This document shows positions 26,084-35,647 of a stretch of DNA of 64,000 bases, piece after piece; position 1 is the stretch's first letter; each line of letters opens with the position of its first letter. The stretch spans positions 96,001 through 160,000 of the IMG/VR virus record IMGVR_UViG_3300027977_000008; one strand, 5' to 3'. This DNA comes from a virus. The position numbers and the translations under genes are program-made. A model generated the notes under the pieces. It made no database searches and was not told the origin of the DNA. It was given only the letters and a program-made list of their open reading frames with translations.

Positions 26084-27114
26084 TGGACAAAGAACTTAAA
26101 GCAAAAGTTGATTATGTAAGAGGTTTAAAAGGATTTTGGGTAGATAATTTTAAACAGATTACCGTTGAGCAAATTGCAGAATTAGAAAAACAAAGACCCA
26201 CTACAAGACTTCTTAGTATTCATACAATAAACGGTTGCAATCTTTCTTGTAGAGGTTGTAATCATAATAGTAGTTTGCTTTCAGGAAAAAGTACTGTAAA
26301 TATTGATCAACTGATAGAAGATATTGAAAATATTCTTCCTAAAATTTATGTTTGGAGCCATGTTAGTATTATTGGTGGAGAACCATTATTAGAACCGAGG
26401 ACAAAGGAAGTTACAAGAATTGTAAGAGAACTTTGTTACGGTGAACGTGGATCACAACCATGTAATGTAAAGTTATTCAGCAACGGATCTAGACTTCTTC
26501 AGGAAAAGGAATGGATTGCTGATGAGATGTTGAAAGGAGTTATTTTTAGACTTACTTTTCATCGTCCACCATATACACAAGCAGGTAAAAAAGATTGGGA
26601 GAATGGGTATGAGTTCACTCATTATCTAATTGAACGTGGGGTTGATATTGACAATAAGTTTGAGTTGAGTGAAGCGTATTTACAACCAGACAACACTCCA
26701 AGGGTATGGTTTGATCTAGTAAAGTATGAATTCAATGAAGATGGATCAGTAAAATATTACCCACATGAAGATGGTAATCCATCTTCTAGTTTTAAACATT
26801 GTACTTGTGCTAATTCACAATTATATAATGGACATCTATGGAAATGTCCGATGGTAGCATATCTAAGAGAATCTTTAGCAGCAACTGATCAGTTAGAAGA
26901 TCCTGAATGGCAAAAATATCTTGGATATAAACCAACTAATATCAATGACACTGAGGAAGCACTTAGAAGTTCATTCAAAGAAGTTGTAGAACCTGGTTGG
27001 ATCTGTAACATGTGCCCAAGCAGACCAAAAATTGAATATGCTGCTAAAATACAATTGAAAGGACAGAAGAGGACAGTTGAAATGTTCGATCCTAAAAATT
27101 ATGAACCCGTTTGA
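26083..27114 (+). CDS. Radical SAM protein, paralog of 23319..24125
   Basis: CNLSCRGCNH, GGEPLL, FSNG, C.C.NSQLYNGHLWKCP, ICNMC. Confidence 0.88.
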   Translation: MDKELKAKVDYVRGLKGFWVDNFKQITVEQIAELEKQRPTTRLLSIHTINGCNLSCRGCNHNSSLLSGKSTVNIDQLIEDIENILPKIYVWSHVSIIGGEPLLEPRTKEVTRIVRELCYGERGSQPCNVKLFSNGSRLLQEKEWIADEMLKGVIFRLTFHRPPYTQAGKKDWENGYEFTHYLIERGVDIDNKFELSEAYLQPDNTPRVWFDLVKYEFNEDGSVKYYPHEDGNPSSSFKHCTCANSQLYNGHLWKCPMVAYLRESLAATDQLEDPEWQKYLGYKPTNINDTEEALRSSFKEVVEPGWICNMCPSRPKIEYAAKIQLKGQKRTVEMFDPKNYEPV

Positions 27115-27703
27115 TACTTATAAACAATATCTTGCATTCAAACAACATTTTACTAGAAAAAATTATGATTACTTTAGATATGGTGGTAAGTCTAGAGCAA
27201 GTTTGAATTCTTTTTACAAAAGAAAAGACAGATACTTCTTTGAAAAAATGTCGAGGAAGTATAATGATGATGAGATCAAGTTATTTTTTATTGCTAACTT
27301 CGTAGCGTGTGACAATCCAAATTCTTTATGGATTGGTGAGATTATTCGATCTGGTGAAAGTGTTTATTCTTCTTGGCAAGGAAGACAGCAAAGTTTGTTT
27401 TATCAGTTCAAGCAACACACAGAAGATTTGTTGTCTGAATACAACCTAGAAGAACTATTTGATGCTTCAAGGCAACATCCACCAGTTTTAAAAAATTTCT
27501 TGAGTGGGAATATTAGCATCGAAACCATTACAATATACGACAAAATATTCCTGTTTGGCAACAATCTTGATAAGAAATTGACTGACCCAATTTGGGAAGC
27601 GATTAGTTTAAAACTAAAAAAGTATGCACCGTTTCTAAATATTGATGCCGTCAAATACAAACAATATTTGCGGGAACGACTATTGGAGAAGACGCATGGG
27701 TAA
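27101..27703 (+). CDS. gp59: Helicase loader gp59
   Basis: YLAFKQHF....YDYFRYGGK.RAS..SFYKRKDRYFFEK; start MNPFD at 27101. Confidence 0.88.
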   Translation: MNPFDTYKQYLAFKQHFTRKNYDYFRYGGKSRASLNSFYKRKDRYFFEKMSRKYNDDEIKLFFIANFVACDNPNSLWIGEIIRSGESVYSSWQGRQQSLFYQFKQHTEDLLSEYNLEELFDASRQHPPVLKNFLSGNISIETITIYDKIFLFGNNLDKKLTDPIWEAISLKLKKYAPFLNIDAVKYKQYLRERLLEKTHG

Positions 27704-28028
27704 GTTTTTTCAGTCTGAGATTATCCGTGAAGAGATGGAAGACATCTTTAGAATTCAAAAAGAATTATATGAAGTTATTATTCAGTTTAGTTCGTTTAGT
27801 GATAAAGAAAAGAATGAACACATTGAAAAACTAAAGACACTTTTAGATAAACAAGAAATCATGTGGACAAGACTTTCATTGTCCGATGATCGGGAAGCAT
27901 TAGAAATGAAAGAAAAAATCAAGATAACATCAGCAGCAATGGGGTTTAAAGATGTTGATATGTCAATCATCTTCAATAACATGAGAAGAACCTTGGAAGG
28001 TTTACAAAAACGCCTTGACACACCCTAA
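27696..28028 (+). CDS. DUF1825-type conserved cyanobacterial/cyanophage protein
   Basis: FFQSEII...KQEIMWTRLSLSDD.EA; usual position between gp59 and gp32. Confidence 0.7.
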   Translation: MGKFFQSEIIREEMEDIFRIQKELYEVIIQFSSFSDKEKNEHIEKLKTLLDKQEIMWTRLSLSDDREALEMKEKIKITSAAMGFKDVDMSIIFNNMRRTLEGLQKRLDTP

Positions 28029-28043
28029 ATGGTATGTTATAAT
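28015..28043 (+). promoter_or_regulatory. Consensus sigma70 promoter of gp32
   Basis: TTGACA-N17-TATAAT. Confidence 0.85.
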
Positions 28044-28087
28044 ATAACAGGTAATCAATCCACCCAATCTAAAAATACAAAAATCTT

Positions 28088-29002
28088 ATGTCTTTTGCAG
28101 ATCTAAAAAAACAATCTCGCCTTGGCAGTTTGACTTCTAAACTGACAACAGAGATTGAAAAAATGAATAAGAGCACCACTGGTGGTGCTGATGATCGTGT
28201 ATGGAAACCTGAAGTAGATAAAGCAGGCAACGGTTATGCAGTAATTCGTTTTCTACCTGCACCACAAGGTGAAGAATTGCCTTGGGGAAAAGTGTGGTCA
28301 CATGCTTTTCAAGGTCCAGGAGGTTGGTATATTGAGAACAGTCTGACCACGCTTGGTGGTAAAGATCCTGTTTCGGAGTACAATCGTATTCTTTGGAACA
28401 GTGGTAGTGAAGTAGATAAAGAACAAGCACGTAAGCAGAAGCGTAAACTATCTTACATTAGCAACATCTATGTTGTGAAGGATCCTGCTAATCCCCAGAA
28501 CGAAGGCAAAGTTTTTCTATTCAAGTTTGGTAAGAAAATCTTTGATAAGATTACTGCTGCCATGCAACCTGAGTATGAAGATGAGCAAACGATTGATCCG
28601 TTTGACTTCTGGCAAGGTGCAAATTTCAAGATGAAAATCAAGAACGTTGCTAGTTATCGTAACTACGACAGTTCTGAGTTTGCAAAATCTGAACCACTTC
28701 TGGATGATGATGATGCACTTGAAGCAATTTGGAAAAAACAGTATTCTCTTGAAGAGTTTACTCGTCCTGATCAGTTCAAGTCCTACGAAGAACTTGAAAA
28801 GCGTATGAATATGGTTCTAAATCCTAACGCTTCTAGTCGTCGTGTTGATCCTGATACGTTCGATGAGGAAGAGCAAGTTGTGATGAAGTCTCGCCAACAA
28901 ATCAAGGAAGAAGAGCGTGTTGTTAAGTCATCTCCTGCTCCTGTAGCAGCAGATGATGATGACGATACACTGTCTTACTTCCAGCGACTTGCTGAAGAGT
29001 GA
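28088..29002 (+). CDS. gp32: Single-stranded DNA-binding protein gp32
   Basis: GNGYAVIRFLP, HAFQGPGGWYIEN, GKKIFDKI, NYDSSEF, acidic tail. Confidence 0.95.
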   Translation: MSFADLKKQSRLGSLTSKLTTEIEKMNKSTTGGADDRVWKPEVDKAGNGYAVIRFLPAPQGEELPWGKVWSHAFQGPGGWYIENSLTTLGGKDPVSEYNRILWNSGSEVDKEQARKQKRKLSYISNIYVVKDPANPQNEGKVFLFKFGKKIFDKITAAMQPEYEDEQTIDPFDFWQGANFKMKIKNVASYRNYDSSEFAKSEPLLDDDDALEAIWKKQYSLEEFTRPDQFKSYEELEKRMNMVLNPNASSRRVDPDTFDEEEQVVMKSRQQIKEEERVVKSSPAPVAADDDDDTLSYFQRLAEE

Positions 29003-29078
29003 TTTCAAAATCAATTTTTGTTTTCAAAAAAGTCAATTAAAAAATTCTGGGTAAAAATTTCAAAATATGTTTTTGGAG

Positions 29079-29744
29079 TTATCTTGAGGATAAAATCCTT
29101 AAGTTAGCTCCTTTTTTTGTACGTTTATCAATATATTGAGAACTATCGGTATAAGTCATGATTTCACGCATATCATCAATTATGGTTTGGATGTAATTTT
29201 GTCTCAAAACGTAAATTGTGCGTTTTTCGTCGTTTTTCAAAACTTCGTAATCATAGTTACTGACTGAAGTTAGTATATTTGCCCCAGAAAGCACTTTATA
29301 CGTGCCAAAGTTAGAATACTTAAATTGGAAGTTTGCATCAACAAATAATCCTGCCTGTAAAAGCAAATTTCCTTCACTATTACGAACTTCTTTGGTTTCA
29401 TAATGATGAATTTCCTGTAAAAGTTCAGATCCATACTTATTCATCAAATAATTGTTTAGATCTGTTTGTGACATTGGCCATTCTTCTCTAACATTGATAA
29501 TATTGTTAGAAATTAGGATAATCCAGTCTAATTGTGGACTATTGTATAGTATTCCCGCAACATTATCTGGACGATTATCACCAACAATGGAGTATTTGTC
29601 AAATACTATAGCATTTTGAAAAAAATCATCTCTAATTTTAGCACGTTTGAAAAGATTTTTTACACGGACATAATCGTAACTGGAATTACGATTGTCTGAA
29701 AACGATGGTAATAATAGATCTGGAAATAAGTCAAAATATGCCAT
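29079..29744 (-). CDS. gp53: Baseplate wedge subunit gp53
   Basis: VKNLFKR, RPDNVA..LY....LDWIIL, EWP, IHHYET. Confidence 0.85.
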   Translation of the reverse strand: MAYFDLFPDLLLPSFSDNRNSSYDYVRVKNLFKRAKIRDDFFQNAIVFDKYSIVGDNRPDNVAGILYNSPQLDWIILISNNIINVREEWPMSQTDLNNYLMNKYGSELLQEIHHYETKEVRNSEGNLLLQAGLFVDANFQFKYSNFGTYKVLSGANILTSVSNYDYEVLKNDEKRTIYVLRQNYIQTIIDDMREIMTYTDSSQYIDKRTKKGANLRILSSR

Positions 29745-29745
29745 T

Positions 29746-31332
29746 TTAGAAACCTATATCGTCGAATGTAATTGCATCTTGTGGAGCAAGTGTAGATACA
29801 GACTGTTCAAATACATCTATAACACTAGGATCATCTTGATTAATGTAATCTTGCTCAAAGATTGGAGTTAGTTCTGTGAATGATAATGTCATATTTGTTC
29901 TTACTGGCATTGATACGGCATTTGGATCATCATATGATTGATAAACTCCTTCTGGTGTATAATTTATTTCGCATGAAGTCAAAGCACATATTTTGAATTT
30001 ATTCAAACCTTTTATACTTTTATTACCACTTCCTCTATATGAAATTCTAAAAACGTTAGGCGATCCTATAAAAATAGAAGTGCTTTCAAATCTTTTTGCT
30101 GCCATTCCTTGCTTAAAAAATCTCATTACACGTCTTGCTGCTGTAGCATCATTTAATCCGATTGGAGCAAATTCAAAAGTAAATGAGAATGACCTAAGTT
30201 TAGGACCATTGAATAATAATTCGAGGTTTGGATTGATTGTTGTTCCTGTTCCTCTTGCAATGAATTGTGCAGGATCTACATTGATACCAACTTTACCCAA
30301 AGCATATTGTGCAATGAATGAAGATAATAGTAATCCTGCAGACGTGTTTGCACCAAAATTTCCTTGCCCAAATTGGTCCATGAATTGTCCAAATCCACTA
30401 AAAGTACCACCTAACAATCCGCCAACATTTCCACCTATTGCCTGCTGTGCAAGTGGAAGAGCACCAAAGAATGCAGCAGCTTCTATAGGATTAGCACGAT
30501 CTTCACCCCAACTTACACCATTTGAGATTGCTAACTGGTTTGGTATTGGTAATTTTACCATTCCTATGAAAAATCTAAGATTTGAATTTCTAGTTAATCC
30601 TTTAGTTACAATATCGGCAAAATTTGTAGTGAATTCATTTTGTCCAGTAATAAAAAGTTCTTCTTGAGGTGCTTTGTATGTAAATTGCTCTATAATAACG
30701 TGATCTTGTGTATTGGAAAAAGATGCATCGTTGGGATATGATATGATTAGTGGACCAGTTTCGTTTGGGGCAAGTAAGGATTTTATTGTTTCTTTAGAAC
30801 TATTCAAAAGTTCTTTGATTAATTCTGGATCAAGAGTTACGGCTTGTCCAGTTATAGGTGCAGACTGTGGAATTGCAGGTGCTTCTGGAGGTGGTGTTGG
30901 TTCTGGTGGTGCTAGTTGTTTTGTTTGCTTGGAAGCATCCCACACATCAACTGTTTTTGCATCTGCCAATGCTTGATCTATTTGAGCTTTTGTTGATCCC
31001 CCAGGCAGAGATGGGGTTTTATTTTGATTTTCGATGATAAGTTTTAATCTTCCTATCGCATCATAATATGAAGCTTTACCAGGATTACCATCTTCCATCA
31101 ATTTTTTGAAGTCAGATTTATCTGGAGTTGTAAATTCCCAAGGAAGCAGCCCAGTTTTTACTTGATATACTTTTAAGAAATCGCCATTTGCAGTATCTTT
31201 ACTGTAAAATGCAGTAAAGTTTTTCCCAGGATATCGTGGGTCGGTGAATTCAAACAGGCCGAAATGTATTCCAAGTTTTTCTGCTGGTCTTACTGGTTGT
31301 TTTTTTCCTGGAGGCTTATATGGATTTGCCAT
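29746..31332 (-). CDS. gp48: Baseplate tail-tube cap gp48 with N-terminal extension
   Basis: LPIP..L...NGVSW, INPNLELLFNGPKLRSFSFTF, CALTSCEINYTP, LSFTELTPI. Confidence 0.8.
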   Translation of the reverse strand: MANPYKPPGKKQPVRPAEKLGIHFGLFEFTDPRYPGKNFTAFYSKDTANGDFLKVYQVKTGLLPWEFTTPDKSDFKKLMEDGNPGKASYYDAIGRLKLIIENQNKTPSLPGGSTKAQIDQALADAKTVDVWDASKQTKQLAPPEPTPPPEAPAIPQSAPITGQAVTLDPELIKELLNSSKETIKSLLAPNETGPLIISYPNDASFSNTQDHVIIEQFTYKAPQEELFITGQNEFTTNFADIVTKGLTRNSNLRFFIGMVKLPIPNQLAISNGVSWGEDRANPIEAAAFFGALPLAQQAIGGNVGGLLGGTFSGFGQFMDQFGQGNFGANTSAGLLLSSFIAQYALGKVGINVDPAQFIARGTGTTINPNLELLFNGPKLRSFSFTFEFAPIGLNDATAARRVMRFFKQGMAAKRFESTSIFIGSPNVFRISYRGSGNKSIKGLNKFKICALTSCEINYTPEGVYQSYDDPNAVSMPVRTNMTLSFTELTPIFEQDYINQDDPSVIDVFEQSVSTLAPQDAITFDDIGF

Positions 31333-31757
31333 TATCCTAAACTCCTAAGATTAACTGTAACTTCTGCACCACGAAAACTTCTAACAAACTCTTCTACAGT
31401 TAATAGTGATGCAGCTTGCCATTCTTCCATTGCTATATCTATGAAATTACTTTCTACTTCTAATTTCAAGTATTTATGGAACCCAGTGCTGCCAAATAAA
31501 AATTCTTCCCAGTTTTGAACATCACTTGATTGTGCTTCTTGAAGCATATTTACCACATCCATTCGTTGACTTTTTGGATAATAGTGTAAGTTCATGCCAT
31601 AGAACACTTCGTTCAAATCTAGAACAATGAAGCACAATGGATTTTTGTCATAAAATCGTTTTTCTGCAGTCACTGCACGATAACGAAATAACATTAAATG
31701 TCCTACTTGAGGAATACTTGTAACTGTTGATTTTGGAAATCGTGACTTATACTCCAA
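31332..31757 (-). CDS. DNA end protector gp2-like protein
   Basis: GHLMLFRYRA.T....YD..PL....FYGMNLHY; adjacent to gp4. Confidence 0.65.
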   Translation of the reverse strand: MEYKSRFPKSTVTSIPQVGHLMLFRYRAVTAEKRFYDKNPLCFIVLDLNEVFYGMNLHYYPKSQRMDVVNMLQEAQSSDVQNWEEFLFGSTGFHKYLKLEVESNFIDIAMEEWQAASLLTVEEFVRSFRGAEVTVNLRSLG

Positions 31758-32181
31758 GATCGTGCTCCGTTAATATTTTAAATTCCCATTTTCGATCATC
31801 GCAATATTCTTTTGCTGCTTCCCATTTTGCCATATTTTTAGCATATTCATAAACTTCAGAAAGATATTTGTTAGATTTTAATTTCTGTGGTTTTGGACCT
31901 GCAACTTGTTTTGCTGGTTTTATTTCAATCAAACTTTCTATAATTTTTCCAGAAGTATTTTTATATTTGATATAAAAATCTGGAAAGTATTTGTGTAAAC
32001 GATCATCAATTGGAGACTTATAGGGAATCCAAAGTTCTTCTGATGCCCATTTCAAAATATCTTGATTTGTATCACAATATCGCATAAATTTTAATTCCCA
32101 CAAAGATCTATAAATGATATTTGTGGGATCACCTTTATATTTACTAGAATTAGAAGGTCGAAATTTTCCCTTATAACTCAT
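31747..32181 (-). CDS. gp4: Head completion nuclease gp4
   Basis: KYKGDPTNIIYRSLWE, WASEE..IPY, YFPDF, EIKP, N.AKWEAA. Confidence 0.92.
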   Translation of the reverse strand: MSYKGKFRPSNSSKYKGDPTNIIYRSLWELKFMRYCDTNQDILKWASEELWIPYKSPIDDRLHKYFPDFYIKYKNTSGKIIESLIEIKPAKQVAGPKPQKLKSNKYLSEVYEYAKNMAKWEAAKEYCDDRKWEFKILTEHDLGV

Positions 32182-32209
32182 ACATAGTATATAAACGTCT
32201 TCTATTTAG

Positions 32210-33034
32210 ATGAGCGATTTAGAAAGATCAAAAAATAGAATTTATATTCCAACATATGAACTGTACAATACTAGAACAAGTAAAACTGGATCTGGTATTG
32301 TACCTGCTTTTAATAACATATATGATGTATGGATAGATTTTAATAGTGCTATAATCCAGGGTGGTGGTAATAGTTTAGTTGGATTTATCAATCAACATGG
32401 TTTTTATGAAAACAGTTTGTCAGAAAATCCAGGAAATTATCTAGCACTATTTTGTTCAGAAGCAGTTCTACCAGGATCACAAATTCAAACATCACAAGTT
32501 GACGGACTAAGGCAAGGTGTATCTTCAAACTATGCAGTTTATAGAAGATATCCAGATATTACATTAACATATTATTCTCAGAAAGATTATTTTACAAATG
32601 AAGTATTCAATGCTTGGATGGAATACATTTCGCCAACAGTTTTATCGTCTGGTGGGCATGGCAGAAGTACAGGTGAAAGAAAAAAAGATAGAGCATCTTA
32701 TAGGAAATTAAAATACCCATTAAGTTATAAATGTGACATACAGATCACAACATTTGGTGGAGATATTCTTCCAAAACAGTACAGATCTAAAGACTATACT
32801 ACTATTAAAAATAGCAATGCTTCTAGAATATCTAATAGTATTACATACCATCTAATGGATGCTTTTCCAGTTAACATTGTTGCTGCACCATTAGCATATG
32901 GTAATGCAGAGTTGATCAAAACGGCAGTCACCTTCAAGTATGATTACTATTATACTGATAGAACTTCCAGATCTTTTAATCAAGATGTAGTTGCGAGATC
33001 AGATTCTGGAAAGAACGTCAGAAATCCATTCTAA
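32210..33034 (+). CDS. Tail tube-fold baseplate protein (gp54/gp19-like)
   Basis: LFCSEAVLPG, AWMEYI, AFPVNI...PLAYG, VTFKYD; synteny. Confidence 0.65.
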   Translation: MSDLERSKNRIYIPTYELYNTRTSKTGSGIVPAFNNIYDVWIDFNSAIIQGGGNSLVGFINQHGFYENSLSENPGNYLALFCSEAVLPGSQIQTSQVDGLRQGVSSNYAVYRRYPDITLTYYSQKDYFTNEVFNAWMEYISPTVLSSGGHGRSTGERKKDRASYRKLKYPLSYKCDIQITTFGGDILPKQYRSKDYTTIKNSNASRISNSITYHLMDAFPVNIVAAPLAYGNAELIKTAVTFKYDYYYTDRTSRSFNQDVVARSDSGKNVRNPF

Positions 33035-33058
33035 ATAAAGACAATGATGTGAATTCTT

Positions 33059-33790
33059 ATGCCATTACCTAAAGTTGTTACTCCTACATTTGAACTAGAT
33101 CTTATTTCTACTGGTAAATCAATTAAATATCGACCATTTCTTGTAAAGGAAGAGAAAGTTCTTCTGATTGCACTTGAGAGTGGTAATGAAAAGGATATTT
33201 TGAACGCTGTAAAAGATGTTTTAAAATCCTGTGTTCTTACTCGTGGTATCAAAGTTGATGATCTTCCTAGTTTTGAACTTGAATACCTTTTCTTGAATAT
33301 TCGCAGCAAGTCTGTGGGTGAAAGTGTAGAACTTCTAGTTACTTGTACTGATGATGGAGAAACTCAAGTTCCATTAACAGTCAAAATCAACGAAGTAAAA
33401 CTCGTTGTTCCTGAAGGACACGCTGATATTATTGATCTTGGTGATGGGCTGAATATGAAGATGAAATATCCTTCCATGCAGCAATTTGTTGAAAATAATT
33501 TTTCTGTTACTAAGTCTGGAACAAATCTGGATAAGATTGATAGGGCATTCAAATCTGTGATCTCATGCATTGAACAGTTATATAATGAAGATGAAGCATG
33601 GTCACATTCTGATTATACTGAAAAAGAATGGGTTGAGTTCCTTGAAGGACTAAACAGTTTTCAATTTCAAATGATTGAGAAGTTTTTTGAAAGTATGCCA
33701 AAGTTATCATATTCGACAAAAATAACCAATCCCAATACTAATGTTGATACTGATGTCCTAATTGAGGGTTTGACAAATTTTTTCGCATAA
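33059..33790 (+). CDS. gp26: Baseplate hub subunit gp26
   Basis: MPLPK..TPTFEL, YRPFLVKEEK.LL, FLNIRSKSVGE, FFESMPKL. Confidence 0.9.
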   Translation: MPLPKVVTPTFELDLISTGKSIKYRPFLVKEEKVLLIALESGNEKDILNAVKDVLKSCVLTRGIKVDDLPSFELEYLFLNIRSKSVGESVELLVTCTDDGETQVPLTVKINEVKLVVPEGHADIIDLGDGLNMKMKYPSMQQFVENNFSVTKSGTNLDKIDRAFKSVISCIEQLYNEDEAWSHSDYTEKEWVEFLEGLNSFQFQMIEKFFESMPKLSYSTKITNPNTNVDTDVLIEGLTNFFA

Positions 33791-33978
33791 TGTTATATCA
33801 TACAGATATGACTTCATATTACGAAGACAACTTTGCGTTGATGCATTATCATAGATGGAGTTTATCTGAACTTGACGATTTGATCCCTTGGGAAAAGGAA
33901 ACTTATATCAAATATCTAGAGAATTATTTGGAGAAGAAAAAGTTAGAGGCAGCACAAGCAGCAAACGCTAATGGCTAA
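33790..33978 (+). CDS. gp51: Baseplate hub assembly catalyst gp51
   Basis: NFALMHYHRWSLSEL..LIPWEKE.Y. Confidence 0.85.
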   Translation: MLYHTDMTSYYEDNFALMHYHRWSLSELDDLIPWEKETYIKYLENYLEKKKLEAAQAANANG

Positions 33979-35647
33979 TTTAGAACCACATCAATATTTT
34001 GGAATTAGAGTTCCTTCAGCTGGAACTTATAGGCATCCTGGTGAAATGAATGCATCAGACTATGCTAAAAAAATGATCAATCGTTATGGTGATCCTTTAG
34101 CAGATGTTGCTACAGGAAAACCTGTGGAAGGAATAAAATCTCTCCTTCCACAGAGAATGAGTAAGGAATATGATAAACTTTTGATGAGTGCAGAAGAAAA
34201 GGCATCAGCACTTACTCCACAATCAATACGCACATTAGGAAAACTTGTATTAGAATTTGAACAAGTCAACAATAATCTTGGTTCAATTCAATCACAGATT
34301 AGAGAAGACATTAGTAACAAGAAGAAATATTTTAATGAAGAAAAGAAGTTATATAAAGAAGAAGAAGATAATTTAACTAGTTTACGTGGATCGTTTTTTG
34401 ATCTAAGATCTAAGTTTGCTGGGTTATCTGCAGTTCTAAGTGGTAAAGCATTATCAGAAGGTCGATTTGGTGATGCTGCTGTTAATGCTGGAGCTGCAGT
34501 TACTGCAATGCTCCCAGAGATCGTCAATATCGTTTCTGGATTAGTCCTAGCAAGAATGGCACTTGGTGGTAGGGGAAACGCCGCAGCAGGTGCTACAGTC
34601 GCTCGTAGACCTGGTATGGGTGGACTAGGGATGCTAGGACTTGCTGCTGCAGTACCATTGACAATGGGTGCTGCTGATGTAAGAAGACAGGAACTTATAA
34701 AAAAGCAGACTGGATCTGCAGTAATTAATCCAGAGGATGTTGATAGATTTCAAGCAACCGTAACTCGTTTTAATGAAATCCTAACACAAAGAGGTGGTGG
34801 AAAAGCACAAGAACAACCAAAGGTTGCAGTTGAAGATTTGATGAAAAAAAGACCAAAGAATTATCCTGGCGGTGGGGGTGGTATATCTGGTGATGTAAAT
34901 GCTGCAGATGTAATTGCAGATACACCACAAGAAAAGGCGTTTATTGCATCTGTTAGGGAAGTTGAAGGAACTTCTAGTGCAAAAGGATATAATACATTCT
35001 TCGGTGGTTCTCAATATGGAGGAGATTTATCTAAACTAACAGCAAATCAAGTTGCTGAACTGCAAAGAAAGTTTCTAAAAGAAGGTAGAGGATATTATTC
35101 TGGTGGAAGATCTGCAGCAGTTGGTGCTGGGCAATTTATGGAACCAGAAAATGTTGTTAGTGCGATGGGATTAGACCCTACTAAGGAAAAGCTTACTCCA
35201 GAATTACAGAACAAAATGATATTATTCCTTGCAAAAAAGAAAAGAAGAATAGATGTATCAAAACCACTATCAATTAATGATCTTCGTGTTTTAAATGAGG
35301 AATGGGCTGGATTTGGACCTCGTTATGGACAAACAAAGAGAACATTGCAACAAAGTTTAGATATTTACAACCAAAACCTTAGAGAAGCACAAGGAGCACA
35401 GACAAGTCCAAAACCAAAAAAATCTGCTCAAAATAGTAAGATTGATGGTAAACCTAGTGAGCAAAGTTCAACTGGCAGACCTGCAAGTTCTGATGTTGCT
35501 TTACTAACAATTCCTGGTAAGCAATCAGTTGTTAAACCACAAGGACCAAAATCTGCTCCAGCATCAAGTGAAATTGCATTCAACACTACTTTTGAAAGTG
35601 TTGATAGATTTACTTCTAATCTCATTCTAGGAGTATACGGAGCATGA
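33971..35647 (+). CDS. Tail/baseplate protein with a lambda-lysozyme-like muralytic domain
   Basis: Coiled-coil and Gly/Ala-rich N-half; KAFIASVREVEG...GYNTFFGG...AAVGAGQF...Q...EWA. Confidence 0.7.
   Translation: MANLEPHQYFGIRVPSAGTYRHPGEMNASDYAKKMINRYGDPLADVATGKPVEGIKSLLPQRMSKEYDKLLMSAEEKASALTPQSIRTLGKLVLEFEQVNNNLGSIQSQIREDISNKKKYFNEEKKLYKEEEDNLTSLRGSFFDLRSKFAGLSAVLSGKALSEGRFGDAAVNAGAAVTAMLPEIVNIVSGLVLARMALGGRGNAAAGATVARRPGMGGLGMLGLAAAVPLTMGAADVRRQELIKKQTGSAVINPEDVDRFQATVTRFNEILTQRGGGKAQEQPKVAVEDLMKKRPKNYPGGGGGISGDVNAADVIADTPQEKAFIASVREVEGTSSAKGYNTFFGGSQYGGDLSKLTANQVAELQRKFLKEGRGYYSGGRSAAVGAGQFMEPENVVSAMGLDPTKEKLTPELQNKMILFLAKKKRRIDVSKPLSINDLRVLNEEWAGFGPRYGQTKRTLQQSLDIYNQNLREAQGAQTSPKPKKSAQNSKIDGKPSEQSSTGRPASSDVALLTIPGKQSVVKPQGPKSAPASSEIAFNTTFESVDRFTSNLILGVYGA

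Noticed and set aside
29993-30667. 224-aa plus-strand ORF
   Set aside because: Antisense shadow of gp48, with no motifs
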